A DNA stretch of 64,000 bases, taken from NCBI GenBank assembly GCA_965644495.1, contig CBFFSA010000007.1, positions 744,001 through 808,000 of the forward strand. The letters are read 5' to 3'. How positions within the stretch are numbered: the first letter of the stretch is position 1; every line of letters starts with the position of its first letter. The notes below the pieces were generated by a model. That model saw only the letters and a program-made list of their open reading frames with translations. It did not search any database and was not told the DNA's origin. Origin of the DNA: Perkinsela sp. CCAP 1560/9 (lineage: Eukaryota > Protista > Euglenozoa: Kinetoplastea). Below, in pieces: positions 43,922 to 55,200 of this stretch. The position numbers and the translations under genes were made by a program.

Positions 43922-44623
43922 TTACGGAAGAAACATCTTTCCAGGAGTCTGACACTTAAGTGCGTAACAAGAGGAAGCGCCGTCTCCTTTTATCGTGTGT
44001 GGTAGTGATTCAGATGAAAATTCGTCCGAACACGGAGCACTACGCATTGTACTGTTAACAGAAGGTGTAATAGTGCCGAATGCAGGCGCAGAATTCATGT
44101 TATGAGCCTCAGGCTCTGCTAAAGACATTACTTCAGGACCCTTCTCCTTGTTTTGAGCCCAGCTTGAAATGTACTCCATTGTGTGTGATGCCCTCTTACG
44201 TTCCTTCCATCGTTTGTACGACACTTTCCGGCGTAATCCTTCCAAAACGTTTAACGGAGCAATAGAGACAGGCAACACATTTTCCGCAGAAGCAGAGTTT
44301 CGTGCTTTCCGCTCTAAAAGATCTTGATTGTATCGTGCAATTGCTTTGTCAGGGTCCCCATTCGCCAACAATTCTTCTAGCCCCGGATATTGTGCTGGGT
44401 ATTTTGATCTCCTGAGCCTATGTAGATCAACGGACTCACATAATTTTCGTCGTTTTACAGTGCGCTTCTTTTCCACATTTGATTGCTCTTCGGTTCGTGC
44501 AGGCTCGCCTGATTTACCAGGAGGTCCTGTTGTCTGATACGTACCCCTATGGCATCCGTTCGGGTGATCCAATTTGTGTTTTTGTTTGGCCACAGCTCGA
44601 CTTCCACCCATCCACCTCAACAT
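43922..44623 (-). CDS. Hypothetical basic protein
   Basis: 233-aa ATG-initiated ORF on the cluster strand; may continue into 43481-43843. Confidence 0.5.
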   Translation of the reverse strand: MLRWMGGSRAVAKQKHKLDHPNGCHRGTYQTTGPPGKSGEPARTEEQSNVEKKRTVKRRKLCESVDLHRLRRSKYPAQYPGLEELLANGDPDKAIARYNQDLLERKARNSASAENVLPVSIAPLNVLEGLRRKVSYKRWKERKRASHTMEYISSWAQNKEKGPEVMSLAEPEAHNMNSAPAFGTITPSVNSTMRSAPCSDEFSSESLPHTIKGDGASSCYALKCQTPGKMFLP

Positions 44624-45045
44624 TCTCTTTTAAAATATGTACTTTCTTAATTGCAGTTCATGAACCACAATGAGCGTAACAGTCATCAAAACATAAAATA
44701 GACATCAAATGTGTGGGAGGCTACTTTGTCTACCCCCAGTTTCTTAATAGAAGTCGAAAAGTTATATTTTAAAATTTCTTTAAGTACTTATGGACATACG
44801 GATTACGTTCAATCTCCTGCATGGGAGATTCAGACCCGTATCATGAGGCTTCCGCCTCCATAATGTGTTTTACTTTAACCGACTTCGCAAGAAAGATGTA
44901 ATAAAACAATGTCAAAGTAACTAAACATTGAGCATTGTACCGTTTAGTCACCTATTTACTTCGCCTATCTCAATCAATGTTTTTGTAGCTTGGGAGACAC
45001 CCTGTTTGCAGAGCTTGTTTTTGGCGTTGTAACTTCCTTGTTATT

Positions 45046-46665
45046 CTATATGCTTCTATTTGTTGCCCGCGTGTTTAGCAAAACGTGTTGCTGTTCAAGA
45101 TGGTCAAGTTGCTCGTATAAAGTTGTGAGATCATGGTGTGTTTCCCAATGACGCGACCAGTGATCACGCTGTTTTTTACCAAAAGCAAGTGAAGAAAAGT
45201 TTTGCGAGATGGAATCTACTTTCACCCGTTCACCATGTATGTTCGACTCGCTACGTTGTTCGAGAACCTTTATGGATTCAGAAATAGAACCAATTTTCCC
45301 GATTAGTTGAAATGCCGTGAGCTCTCGCTCCCTATGGGAAGTGAGTGAGGCCGTCATTGGATTCTTTGTTATGTGGGTTGCAATGGATTCACCTTGGACC
45401 AAATGTCGTAATGCCGTACAAATGGGAATGCGATTATCCTTATCTAGTGAGTGACTTTCTAACAGAGCCTTGCTACCAGAATCAATACCAAGATCAGACA
45501 CTGCACTACAGTTATTGGACGGAGATTGCTCCTTTCGTCGCTTTTCACGTTGCTGAAGAGCAGCGATCTTGTGTTGTTCTATAACATGAGCTCGTTCGCG
45601 TTTTTCCCTCTCTTGGGCTTGCGATAGAACTGTAGACCTAAGTTGCGTCAAAAGGGAAAGGCAAAACTGAGGTGAGCAAAGATCGGATACTGGTCCTGGA
45701 TTCTTAATTATTAGATAGGTTTCATCAAAATCCCGCTTATACTGCGTGAAGCCAGAAAAAATAAGAAGTTCTGGACCTCCTTTGCGATCCCACACGTTGG
45801 TGCGAAAGGCTCGAGTGCTTAGTGGAATTCGAGAACAAGAGTTTTCAGCCAATTGCTTTAACGTTCTCTCGAAGCATCGAAAAAAAGAATCCAGGGTGGC
45901 ATACTCTTCATCTTCCCAAATCTCACAAATAAATTTTGTTACGATTTTCTCAAATTCAGGTTCTTCAATATGTGGCTTTCGCAATACTGAATTCAACTGC
46001 AGACCATGACGAACATTCTTCAGTGCCGTTTGTAGCCGAAGTTCATCGCGCAATTGACGATCGGAGGAATCGTAAGTGTTCAATACAGATGCAGGTACGG
46101 TTCCACCACTCCATAGTTCAGTGTCAGAAAGTTTCTTCACCAGAAACGTTTCGTAACGTTTCACGTCAGAGAGGGCGTCGTAAATGCACATATGCTGCGT
46201 ATCAAGAGAATACGACCACAATTCTCCGCTTTGTTCGAATTCTACCGAAGCAATCTCTGACGATTCAAAACCTATACTTGAGAGGTACTCCCCTATTCTC
46301 GGAATGGTAAAGATATCTCTGCGTAGAATAGCGTTCGTGCTTTTCAGCTGGCGGACGCGCTCGAACATTCGAGAATCCGCCGCTTCCGTGCTCCTGCAAG
46401 GATAATTCACAATGTTTTCTAGAATCCGTCGAAGAATTTGTGTTGCTCGCAACCTGAATTCTGCAGTGTGTTGTCTGTCGAAGATAGTTTCCCATTTCAC
46501 AGTAGGTTTTACAAGAACCTTACCTTCTTGAGAAGCTAACGTTGAAGCTCTTACTGAGTTCGTATCATTTAAGAGTATAGATTTCGCCTTAGTAAACTCT
46601 TCAGGGGTGAGAATGCCAGCCTCTTTCTGCTCCCACAGGAGACGAATATTTTCTGCAAGATTCAT
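45046..46665 (-). CDS. SHOCT plus tandem PUB-like domain protein
   Basis: N-terminal LWEQKEAGILTPEEFTKAKSILL (SHOCT); ILRRILENIVNYP..LKSTN..YLSSIGF and RIPLSTRAF..GGPELLIFSGF (PUB-like). Confidence 0.7.
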   Translation of the reverse strand: MNLAENIRLLWEQKEAGILTPEEFTKAKSILLNDTNSVRASTLASQEGKVLVKPTVKWETIFDRQHTAEFRLRATQILRRILENIVNYPCRSTEAADSRMFERVRQLKSTNAILRRDIFTIPRIGEYLSSIGFESSEIASVEFEQSGELWSYSLDTQHMCIYDALSDVKRYETFLVKKLSDTELWSGGTVPASVLNTYDSSDRQLRDELRLQTALKNVRHGLQLNSVLRKPHIEEPEFEKIVTKFICEIWEDEEYATLDSFFRCFERTLKQLAENSCSRIPLSTRAFRTNVWDRKGGPELLIFSGFTQYKRDFDETYLIIKNPGPVSDLCSPQFCLSLLTQLRSTVLSQAQEREKRERAHVIEQHKIAALQQREKRRKEQSPSNNCSAVSDLGIDSGSKALLESHSLDKDNRIPICTALRHLVQGESIATHITKNPMTASLTSHRERELTAFQLIGKIGSISESIKVLEQRSESNIHGERVKVDSISQNFSSLAFGKKQRDHWSRHWETHHDLTTLYEQLDHLEQQHVLLNTRATNRSI

Positions 46666-46838
46666 CCTAGAGTTGCAAATACACAGAGTACAATATACAG
46701 TAGAAACCGTACCATACTAAGCTTGGTATTTTTCGTTTAGTTTGCATAATTGAATTTACAATTTATATTGTTTAGATCAAGAAAAGAAACGAACGTTGAT
46801 GTAAATGTACTACTCATATTCGAGTGTTATCCTATAGT

Positions 46839-48236
46839 TTATCCAATCACATTAGCGACAATGAAGCAAACACACGTCAGACAAGCAAAGGCAAGCTCAA
46901 TCCATAATCCATAAACAAAAAGTAGATGAACGGGGAATCCAAAGAAAGCCGCGTATCCTATATTGACGCTCATTGAAAGCCATGTCCCAAGAATTTCCGG
47001 TTTCAATTCCGGTGCTAATTGCAGTCCGTAGAACGATATACCTGTAATCAAAAACCCTGTTCCAAGCCCAACAACGGATACAAGGGAAGCGAACGTCAGC
47101 TTAATGCCTAAAAGGCTGTCCAATCTTGTCTCTGAAATGTGTGAGATACTTGCTGTAGCAAGAAGTGCGACAAAATTTATGGAAAGAACAGCAAACAAGC
47201 ACTTAAAAACGTTTTCGCGAAGAAATCCGATTCGTGAAGAAAGCCCAAAAACTATATTTCCCAGAAGGTGGGCGAAACAATATGCGATTCCTATCCATCC
47301 TAAATCGGTGGAAGAGAATTTTTCGTGTAAGACAACTTGCAGGAAATTAGCGAGCGCAGAGCACAATCCGCAATGCAGACCAACAGTGGGAACTAGTAAA
47401 TAGAAATTCAAAGGTCTTTTGACAGGAAAAAGTCTTCGTAAAAATGCAAGTTCTCGAGCGCGGGTAGTCGAAGGTTCGTGTTCGGTTCTTTCAGCAACGA
47501 CCTGCAGTCGACTGTATACGATTTTATTTTTCTGATCAATTTCCGGGCTACTATTCTCGTGATCAAACTGGTTTCGTTTACCTTCTACGGACAACGCGTT
47601 GCGTGCACCAAAAAGCTGCGCCTTCCTTTTTCCGTAATTCGGGCAATAAAGAATGCAGGCTAATGCTCCAATCCAAGAAGAGCCCGCCCTGAAATACAAA
47701 ATTCGTGGGAAATGCGCTGGCGTAGAAGCTAGAAAGGGACCAACAAGTATCCACAGAGCTGTACCCAAGACATTGGCACCCATAGAAAGGCTTAGAGGGG
47801 GTCCACGTGTATCCTCTGAAAACCATTCGGACACAAGTAATGGTGGAAGTGACATAACCGGTGCCGAAAGCAGTGCGTTGAATCCAAGAGAGAGAAATAA
47901 AATCGGGAATACCCAATAAGAATCTTTTAAGTATGAAGATGGTAGCCCACAAAGAATTGTACTAGAGAAAGCAACTATGAGGTGCGCGAGTCGAATATTA
48001 AATGCTTGTAATAACTGCATCTGTTTTTGGCTTTGATGCAGTAGGACGATAGATCCCATAAAGTAACCTATAGGACCTAGAAAAAGGGTCCACCGAATAA
48101 TGTCTGGAGTAACCGATGGCAGGGCTCCCGTGACTACATCAGGATTCACGCAGCAAAAAGTGCACCATAATGCGCTATGGTTGAAAGATAATAATCCGAA
48201 CAGGGAGGTCACGTACCAGGCTCTTGAAATTGTCAT
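46839..48236 (-). CDS. MFS transporter (FLVCR/SLC49-like)
   Basis: About 12 hydrophobic segments in two halves; PPLLVSEWFSEDTR motif. Confidence 0.75.
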   Translation of the reverse strand: MTISRAWYVTSLFGLLSFNHSALWCTFCCVNPDVVTGALPSVTPDIIRWTLFLGPIGYFMGSIVLLHQSQKQMQLLQAFNIRLAHLIVAFSSTILCGLPSSYLKDSYWVFPILFLSLGFNALLSAPVMSLPPLLVSEWFSEDTRGPPLSLSMGANVLGTALWILVGPFLASTPAHFPRILYFRAGSSWIGALACILYCPNYGKRKAQLFGARNALSVEGKRNQFDHENSSPEIDQKNKIVYSRLQVVAERTEHEPSTTRARELAFLRRLFPVKRPLNFYLLVPTVGLHCGLCSALANFLQVVLHEKFSSTDLGWIGIAYCFAHLLGNIVFGLSSRIGFLRENVFKCLFAVLSINFVALLATASISHISETRLDSLLGIKLTFASLVSVVGLGTGFLITGISFYGLQLAPELKPEILGTWLSMSVNIGYAAFFGFPVHLLFVYGLWIELAFACLTCVCFIVANVIG

Positions 48237-48621
48237 GCAGCTCGAGATGGAAAGTCGTCTATTTCTTTATTCTTGGCATTCACACTCTTCTGTATCCTAG
48301 AGTTCATCTGCTAAAAGCACGATCGCCCACTAAGTTCAATTCAGTGTGTGCGAAAGACCATTTGGGTACCAACATAAAAAACGCTATTAGGTAAAATTAA
48401 AATCAGGCTCACCGGAGCATAAACCATGTACACGAATCTAATCGTCACGCCACGTACATATTCGAATACATGTATGTTTGAATTTTCCTCTTGATCACTT
48501 TCGAAAATATTCCACTAACGAACCATTAAATACTTTGTTAAAGAGCTAGTTTAAAGAGGTAGTGGGGTGTATTACACACACCACCCCAATCCCCTCTTTC
48601 CTCCCTATTCACATCCCTGAA

Positions 48622-50337
48622 CTAATCTCCCGCTTCACTGGAGCTCACCCGCATCCCACTGCTCGCGCGTATCTCCCTCTCCGTATGCAGTAACGTAATA
48701 TTACGCAACAACGGGGCGGGACCCGGGCACGTGGCAACCGTCACCACCCCCGGCGGGGAGGGCGCGACATCACACCCCCCCACCGTAGCACAGCCTCCCC
48801 TCTCCACGTAGTCCCGCACAAACCTCTGATGGTCCCTCCGCTGCGCCTGCACCACCGGAACCAGATTCGCCACCCTCCTCCCCTCCCGACTCCGTTTTCC
48901 AAAACGGTCCTCTCTCCCCCCCACCCCTCCATAACCCCGTACGCCGCCCCCCTCCCTTGCCCCCCCCGCCGTCCCCCCCCTCCCCACCACCCCCACCACC
49001 TGCGCATTCGTCATGCGCTCACACCCCCTCACATCCACCTCCGGGAGCCCCCCCCGCACCAGCCCCTCCAGCCCCCTTGCCGTTACGTTCGGGCACCCCA
49101 CACAGGAGACCCTACGAAGGGCACGTCGTACCGTCCCGTGGGGCTCCACGAGACGCCCCACCACGTCATCGTGGACCCGGGTGCCATCGAGGGTGAGCTC
49201 CACGAGGGTGGGGAGACAGCCCGCCCGGAGCAGCCGCGCAAACGAGCCCGGGGGGATGGCCTTGCAGCCGGAGAGGGAGAGCGCGGTGAGGGCGGGGGGG
49301 AGGTACCGGAGGGACTGGTCCGTGAGGGACTCACAGTGGGTGAGGGTGAGCCGGTGGAGGGCGTGGAGCGCGGGGAGGGGGAGCATGCCGTGGGTGGTGA
49401 GTTGGAGCCACCAGGAGAGATCGAGGGCGTGGAGGGAGGCGGGGAGGGTGGGGGTGCGGGAGAGGAAGGTGTGGAGGGCGTTGTTGGTGAGTTCCGGGAG
49501 CGCGGCGAGGGAGAGGGCGGTGAGGTGGGGGAGGGTGGGGCAGAAGTGGAGGAGGAAGGCGTCGGTGAGTTTGTGGCAGCCGGAGACGTCGAGGGTGCGG
49601 AGGTGGTGCCCGGGGCGGGGGGTGGAGGGGGGGAGAAGGGGGGAGCAGCAGGGGGGTGGGGGAGGGAGAAAGGCGTTGTCGGAGAGAGACTCGCATCGAG
49701 CGAGTTTGAGTGAGGTGAGGTGTGGGCTGTGGTGAAGGATGTGTTGTATCCATGTGTCGCGTATTTCAAGACAGTAGGAAAAGTCCACACAGGTTAAGTA
49801 GCATGACCATCTTAGGTGTGAGTTAAAGGGACAGAATGATAAGCTTGGATTCGATTCAATAGGGGTAGTCATAAAACCACCTTTTGAGAGAACAGGGTTG
49901 TGTGTAATATTTAGATGTTTAAGATTAGGGCATATATTTAGCAAAGTAAGCATCGCATCGTCCTCCATCACATCGTCAACGTAAAGTACAGTTCGAGTAG
50001 ATAATTCGTTGAAGCAAGTATTTCCTTCCTTTGATGACTCGATGTAACTTGCTATTTGCGTTGCGATTTGATCACCAGTTGTTTGATCACTGATTCGTAC
50101 GGATGAAGCTTGAGGAATTCGAATCGAAGACATATGCTGCAGAAGACCATCAGCAAGTCTACGTAGCAGGAATGCCGTAGATTGAGCTTCTGAGGGAGAG
50201 ACCTTCAAGTCTTCGGTGCCATTATTCGCTGAACAAGCATATTCGCTTTTCAGTCCTTGAATCCTTACGTGCGCAGCTTCGTATGATAAACTGCGTATTT
50301 CTACGGCATCTAAGGAGCAAAATGCATGCTCATCCAT
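48622..50337 (-). CDS. Leucine-rich repeat (FBXL/AMN1-type) protein
   Basis: Repeats LTSLKLARCESLSD, LRTLDVSGCHKLTD and LHRLTLTHCESLTD. Confidence 0.8.
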   Translation of the reverse strand: MDEHAFCSLDAVEIRSLSYEAAHVRIQGLKSEYACSANNGTEDLKVSPSEAQSTAFLLRRLADGLLQHMSSIRIPQASSVRISDQTTGDQIATQIASYIESSKEGNTCFNELSTRTVLYVDDVMEDDAMLTLLNICPNLKHLNITHNPVLSKGGFMTTPIESNPSLSFCPFNSHLRWSCYLTCVDFSYCLEIRDTWIQHILHHSPHLTSLKLARCESLSDNAFLPPPPPCCSPLLPPSTPRPGHHLRTLDVSGCHKLTDAFLLHFCPTLPHLTALSLAALPELTNNALHTFLSRTPTLPASLHALDLSWWLQLTTHGMLPLPALHALHRLTLTHCESLTDQSLRYLPPALTALSLSGCKAIPPGSFARLLRAGCLPTLVELTLDGTRVHDDVVGRLVEPHGTVRRALRRVSCVGCPNVTARGLEGLVRGGLPEVDVRGCERMTNAQVVGVVGRGGTAGGAREGGGVRGYGGVGGREDRFGKRSREGRRVANLVPVVQAQRRDHQRFVRDYVERGGCATVGGCDVAPSPPGVVTVATCPGPAPLLRNITLLHTEREIRASSGMRVSSSEAGD

Positions 50338-50732
50338 CCTCAGAAAAAGATGAAAAGCATTTACTGTGTCTAGAAGAGTAAAGTTTCAAGAATTTATACA
50401 AGAAAAATATTAGATGAAATAGATCATTCACAACAATGTACCTCGAGCCTAAGAGGGTTCTACGCTTCGAATTGAGATTGACAAAAGTACGACCGATTTT
50501 GAAGAACCATGTGATACATGTTTTGTACGTTGCATAGTAGTTCTATACATTGTATAGTACATGGGGGGGGTTACGGGTAGTGAGGTTTCAGCATAGAAAA
50601 AAGAATAAACTTTATTTGAGCCATAACGATGAAATTTCTTACATTTTTCTGACAGGCAACGAGCGACTATGCTACAGGATCTGTGTCGCTCGGAAAGTGT
50701 ACCCCGGGACAATATAAATTATCCTGGTTGTA

Positions 50733-51986
50733 TTACATCACTTTGATCTCTTTAGGTAACACAAGGCGTTCAGTAAGTATGCGATTGACATTGAGTCGAA
50801 TAAGCGATTCTAGTTTTTCTTTACTGACTTCCCATTGTTTACCACCAACATTTGACTGTAGAGAGAAGTCCCATATCGGGGTGGAGAGAAGTGAAAGATA
50901 AATTTCTGTAGTTGTGCGTGATGTTTCCTCTTTGGGAACCCTATTTTTAGAAGACTGATTCCCATCTGTAGATGTCGAGTCTTGTTTTCTGTGCTTCCTC
51001 CAGAACCGCGTCTTTGGCATTGCTCTTTTAGGATTCCTCAGAGGGTCCGACGAGAGACGCTCGTCGTTCATTTGGTTACGATTACTTCGATCAAGGGCTG
51101 TGTAAATGCTAAAACGAAGAGCACCAAAGAACCTTAGTTCGGTAACACGAAACCGTACAGGTAGCAAGACAAGTCCAGAGACGTTAGTGGGAATAGCTAC
51201 CTTTGCATGCCCTGCAATGGCAAAAGTTCCATCACTCTCAAAGAGGACTTCTAAATCCATTGATCGCTCCAGTGTTCTCTGTGTATGACTTGTATCCATT
51301 TCGGAATCAGCAGTCATGAACGGACCTTCCTTTGCAGAACTGTTGGAAAGATCTTCCGTAGAATCATCCATAGCACCAAGAAGGTGAGAGTCGGTCAGTT
51401 TGGAATTATTCTGCGATGATCTACACGTAGAAATGTCTTCAATGCGCGGGATGCATTTTCCTAGCTTAATTTCGTCGAACATAACTTCCAAGACTTCCTG
51501 AGTGTCACGGCCCTTTCGGGACACATTTTCTGTTTTAGTACCATTGTTTTGAGCAGCCATCACAGAGTTTGCAAGTTGAAGAAGCTGATTTTCCGACGCA
51601 ACGCAGAGCACGTTGTGTACGTAATATGACAGAAGATCGTTCAACCAGCGAGTCGTACTGTGCTCCGTTATAGGATCAAAATCTTTAGAAAACAAAAACA
51701 ACGGAAACATTGAACCTAAGTTTAAGGCGTTATGCCGGCTAGCTAACCTCTTACTTAGTAGCGAAGTGCGGGAAATTTCAATTTGCTCTGATCCTTGCTT
51801 GACACGATTCGTTTTTTCACCCCTCGCGCTCTTTTTCTCAATGGAAGTTGTTTGTTCACTTTGTAGCAATAAACTAGAAACTAGACCGGTTACAACAACT
51901 GCGGTTACAACAACTGAAAGAGATGTTGCAATAAGGTAACCCATGTAGGGCGATGTAGAGCGAAAAAGCTGCCATATCAAATGCAT
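50733..51986 (-). CDS. Membrane-anchored SMP/TULIP lipid-transfer domain protein (Mmm1/Tex2-like)
   Basis: N-terminal TM; EHSTTRWLNDLL, EIKLGKCIPRI, LPVRFRVTELRFFGALR and KLESLI..LTERLVLP. Confidence 0.7.
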   Translation of the reverse strand: MHLIWQLFRSTSPYMGYLIATSLSVVVTAVVVTGLVSSLLLQSEQTTSIEKKSARGEKTNRVKQGSEQIEISRTSLLSKRLASRHNALNLGSMFPLFLFSKDFDPITEHSTTRWLNDLLSYYVHNVLCVASENQLLQLANSVMAAQNNGTKTENVSRKGRDTQEVLEVMFDEIKLGKCIPRIEDISTCRSSQNNSKLTDSHLLGAMDDSTEDLSNSSAKEGPFMTADSEMDTSHTQRTLERSMDLEVLFESDGTFAIAGHAKVAIPTNVSGLVLLPVRFRVTELRFFGALRFSIYTALDRSNRNQMNDERLSSDPLRNPKRAMPKTRFWRKHRKQDSTSTDGNQSSKNRVPKEETSRTTTEIYLSLLSTPIWDFSLQSNVGGKQWEVSKEKLESLIRLNVNRILTERLVLPKEIKVM

Positions 51987-52291
51987 TTCTTATTTAACTT
52001 GAGTATCTTCGATTCAAAACTATAGCACATGTTCTCTGAAATTCCTGTTTTTATAAATAACCAAATAAAAATAACTGCAAATAAACAAGTAGAGCTTGTA
52101 AAATACTGTTTGTACAATGAATGCTTAGTACAACAAATAGGTAAATCAAGATATTTTTTTGGCAACGGAAAATGATCGAAACAAGGGCGCGATCAGATCT
52201 CCATATTTAACCGGCAAGCATAACCAAAAAAACGAGTTCGATGAAGAGACATTGATGAACATTTCACAATCAAATCGTTGTCCCTGTTTTC

Positions 52292-55200
52292 TCATGAAGA
52301 CAAAAGCTCTCCTATGGGTAGTTTATCAATTACAGAGTAGCGTCCATCCATCGTCTTGTGAACATAGTAGTACGACTCACATAAATTCGAATGACCTAGT
52401 TCTCGTACGAAAGGCTCGTCATGCGTAATCACAACAAGCTGAAAATGTCGCAACCCTTTTCGACTTTCTATAATGTTTCTTAAAGCTCGGGCTAACGATA
52501 AAATATTCTCTTCATCTAAATTCGTCGTGGGTTCATCAAGAACAAGTACGCCACAATCGCAACAAAAGGCGTCTGATAAAGCCAGACGTATGATTACTGA
52601 AGCTAGAACTTTTTGACCCGCGCTGCATCTACCTCGCAGGTCCAAATCCACATCTCCCTTACGCATAATCACACGGTACTTGTAGTTTCGTCTTGTAGCC
52701 ATCGAGCCAGATGCATCCTCGTCAAATTTTATTTCAATCGTATCAATATCTGAACCAGCGTACGTAGCTTGCCACATCTGAGAAATAATTTCATTCAACT
52801 CACGCATCTTGTCCGCGTGATATTGAGTAACTGCACGATCTAACCCCTTGGCGTATTTTTCTACATCTGCATAGGCGAGCTCTGCTGTACGGAGTTTAAT
52901 CTGGGTCGAAGCTAACCGACGCTCTATATCAAAATACTTTTCATCTTCGAGTTTGAGCCTTCGAACACGTATGTCAGCAAGCAAGGGCTCCATGGAGCCG
53001 CTGAAACGCGAGCTCTCTAATTGAATGCGTGAGAATAATTGCTTTAGTTTAGTCTGAACGGTTTCCACACTATCTCTGGATGAGAATTCAATGATCTCTT
53101 TTAGAGTCTTGTCCTTCAGAATATTTTCGCGTAGTGAACGCGTTGAATCGTCTATCGCCAAAATATTGTTCTCAACCTTTTGAATGTCATCTTTCGCTTT
53201 GTAAATTTCGACCACGAGAGATAAATCACGCGCTACTGCTTCCTCCTTTTTAAGCGATTCCATAATCCAGTTCAATCGCTCACGTCGCTGCACTTCAAGG
53301 GATCGCACTTCCTCATATTCTTTCTTCGCCTTCTCTAGAGCAATAAAAGCGACATGCACTCGTTCAGAATAATTGATTTCGGAGCCTTTGATAAAACGAT
53401 CGACATTCGTGCGCATATAATCCAGATTTGCTAATGCTTCATTCATTTTTGTTTTAGCCGTTCTTGTTCTTGCCTCATGCTGTGTAGTTAGATCCTTCTT
53501 ATCGTTTACGATTTTAGTAAGTTTCGTATCGGTTTCCTTAATCTTTGTGTCGATTGAACAAAGAACACTTTGTGTTTTATCAATTTTTTCTCGCAAAGTC
53601 GAATGACGTTGAATCCAATCTTTACTCCGCTTTAGTGCACTTTGTTTTTGATCTACCTCTCTTTGTTTAACGTGGACACGATCTCGGGCAATTTGCAGTT
53701 CTTTTGAGTAATTATCGTTCTTTGAGCGTAGTTCTTCGAGGGACGAAGTAAGGAGATGGACTTTGTTGCATGCGACGCTGTACTCATCAGAGACTTCAGT
53801 CAAGGATTGACTCCCAGTCAATGTCTCATTTTTTCGTTGGAGCTCGTTCAATTGCTCAACTATATCGTTCAACTCCTTTTCTGACTTCTTCAGAAAAACT
53901 ATCTGTTGCAAGCTATCTCTAGTCTCTTGAAGAGTCTCTTGACTGACCAGAACCATGGACTCAGAATGTTTTACACGTTTGGTTGTTTCCTCCACTTCTC
54001 TAACGAGATCGACGATCTGAGCAGTAATAACAGATAAATTTTCGTTTACGCAAAAGAGTTCCTTAACATCTGTCTCTGTTTTCTTCAACTCAATCAATTC
54101 TGATTCTGTGTCACTATGGAGTTTTTCGATGTCCAAAAATTCTATCCTTCGCGCTTTCAACATTGTTTTCTGGACATCAAGAAATTCTTCGCGTGAGTTC
54201 CCATCTTCGAATCCACGCCCACACGTTTCACATTCCTCTTTTACAGAAAAATCAGAAATTCTTTTCTCAAGATGTTCAATAGCATTGCGACGGACAGCAA
54301 GATCAGACGACAAATCATTGATCTTTCTTGCTTTTTCGGTGACCGAGTTAAATAAATCATACGTATTATCTTCAAAAGAAGATCCGAGCTGCGAGCACAA
54401 ATTGCTCTTTTTTATGTCACGGGAAGATTTTTCTTTCGAATACTTGAGCTCTGCTTCTTCAAGCTCTTTACACGTGATGGCATGTAATTTTTGAAAATCC
54501 AGGAGATCCCGCGTAACTCTCAAATGGTTTTCCACTAATTTTTCAAGCAATCTTTCTGTAAGAATTTTTCTTTCACTGATACTTTCGGCTTTAAGCATGT
54601 GCTTGCTGAGAAATGGATCAACTTTTTCCTCGAGACATAAGGTAATCTCATGCAATTTGGCTTCTTTACTTTTCATCAAGAGTGATACTTTTGAAAGATT
54701 ATCACGTTCTTGTTCACGCCTATCAAGTTCTTCGCGCAATTGCACCTCTCTTCCACGGAAAAGTTCAAGTTCGTTCAGCGTTTCACATATTCGTTTATCT
54801 ACCTCGTCCTCCCTCATTTTGTCTTCGCGTATTGCAAGAATGCGTTTGGTACTCTCTAGTTCGTTCTGAAGACCTTGAACAAATTGGTCTGTAACGGACT
54901 GAAAATCTGCATCACTCTCATAGCTCCTTTGCATATTCGATATTTCATTCCTACATTCCTTCAAAATACTTTCATGAAATGATTTCTCCGAAATAGAAAG
55001 ATGTTTTGTGTTGCTCAGCTTATCAAGCTCAGTTTGTTTTAGACTCATTTCCTTTAAAAGATCGCTGATAATCCCATCATATTGAGAACGCATCTCTGCA
55101 GTTTCACATTTTAAAAAGTCAAGCACCGAGCGCAATGCCATATCAGAAACAATATCTCGCTCTCCGGCTTTCCATTTTTTCTCATCAATAGAACTCAAAA

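Noticed and set aside
48741-49790. Multiple long overlapping ORFs on both strands (also at 16081-16470)
   Set aside because: Artefact of extreme G/C skew depleting stop codons; only the LRR and glutaredoxin-like frames have domain motifs.
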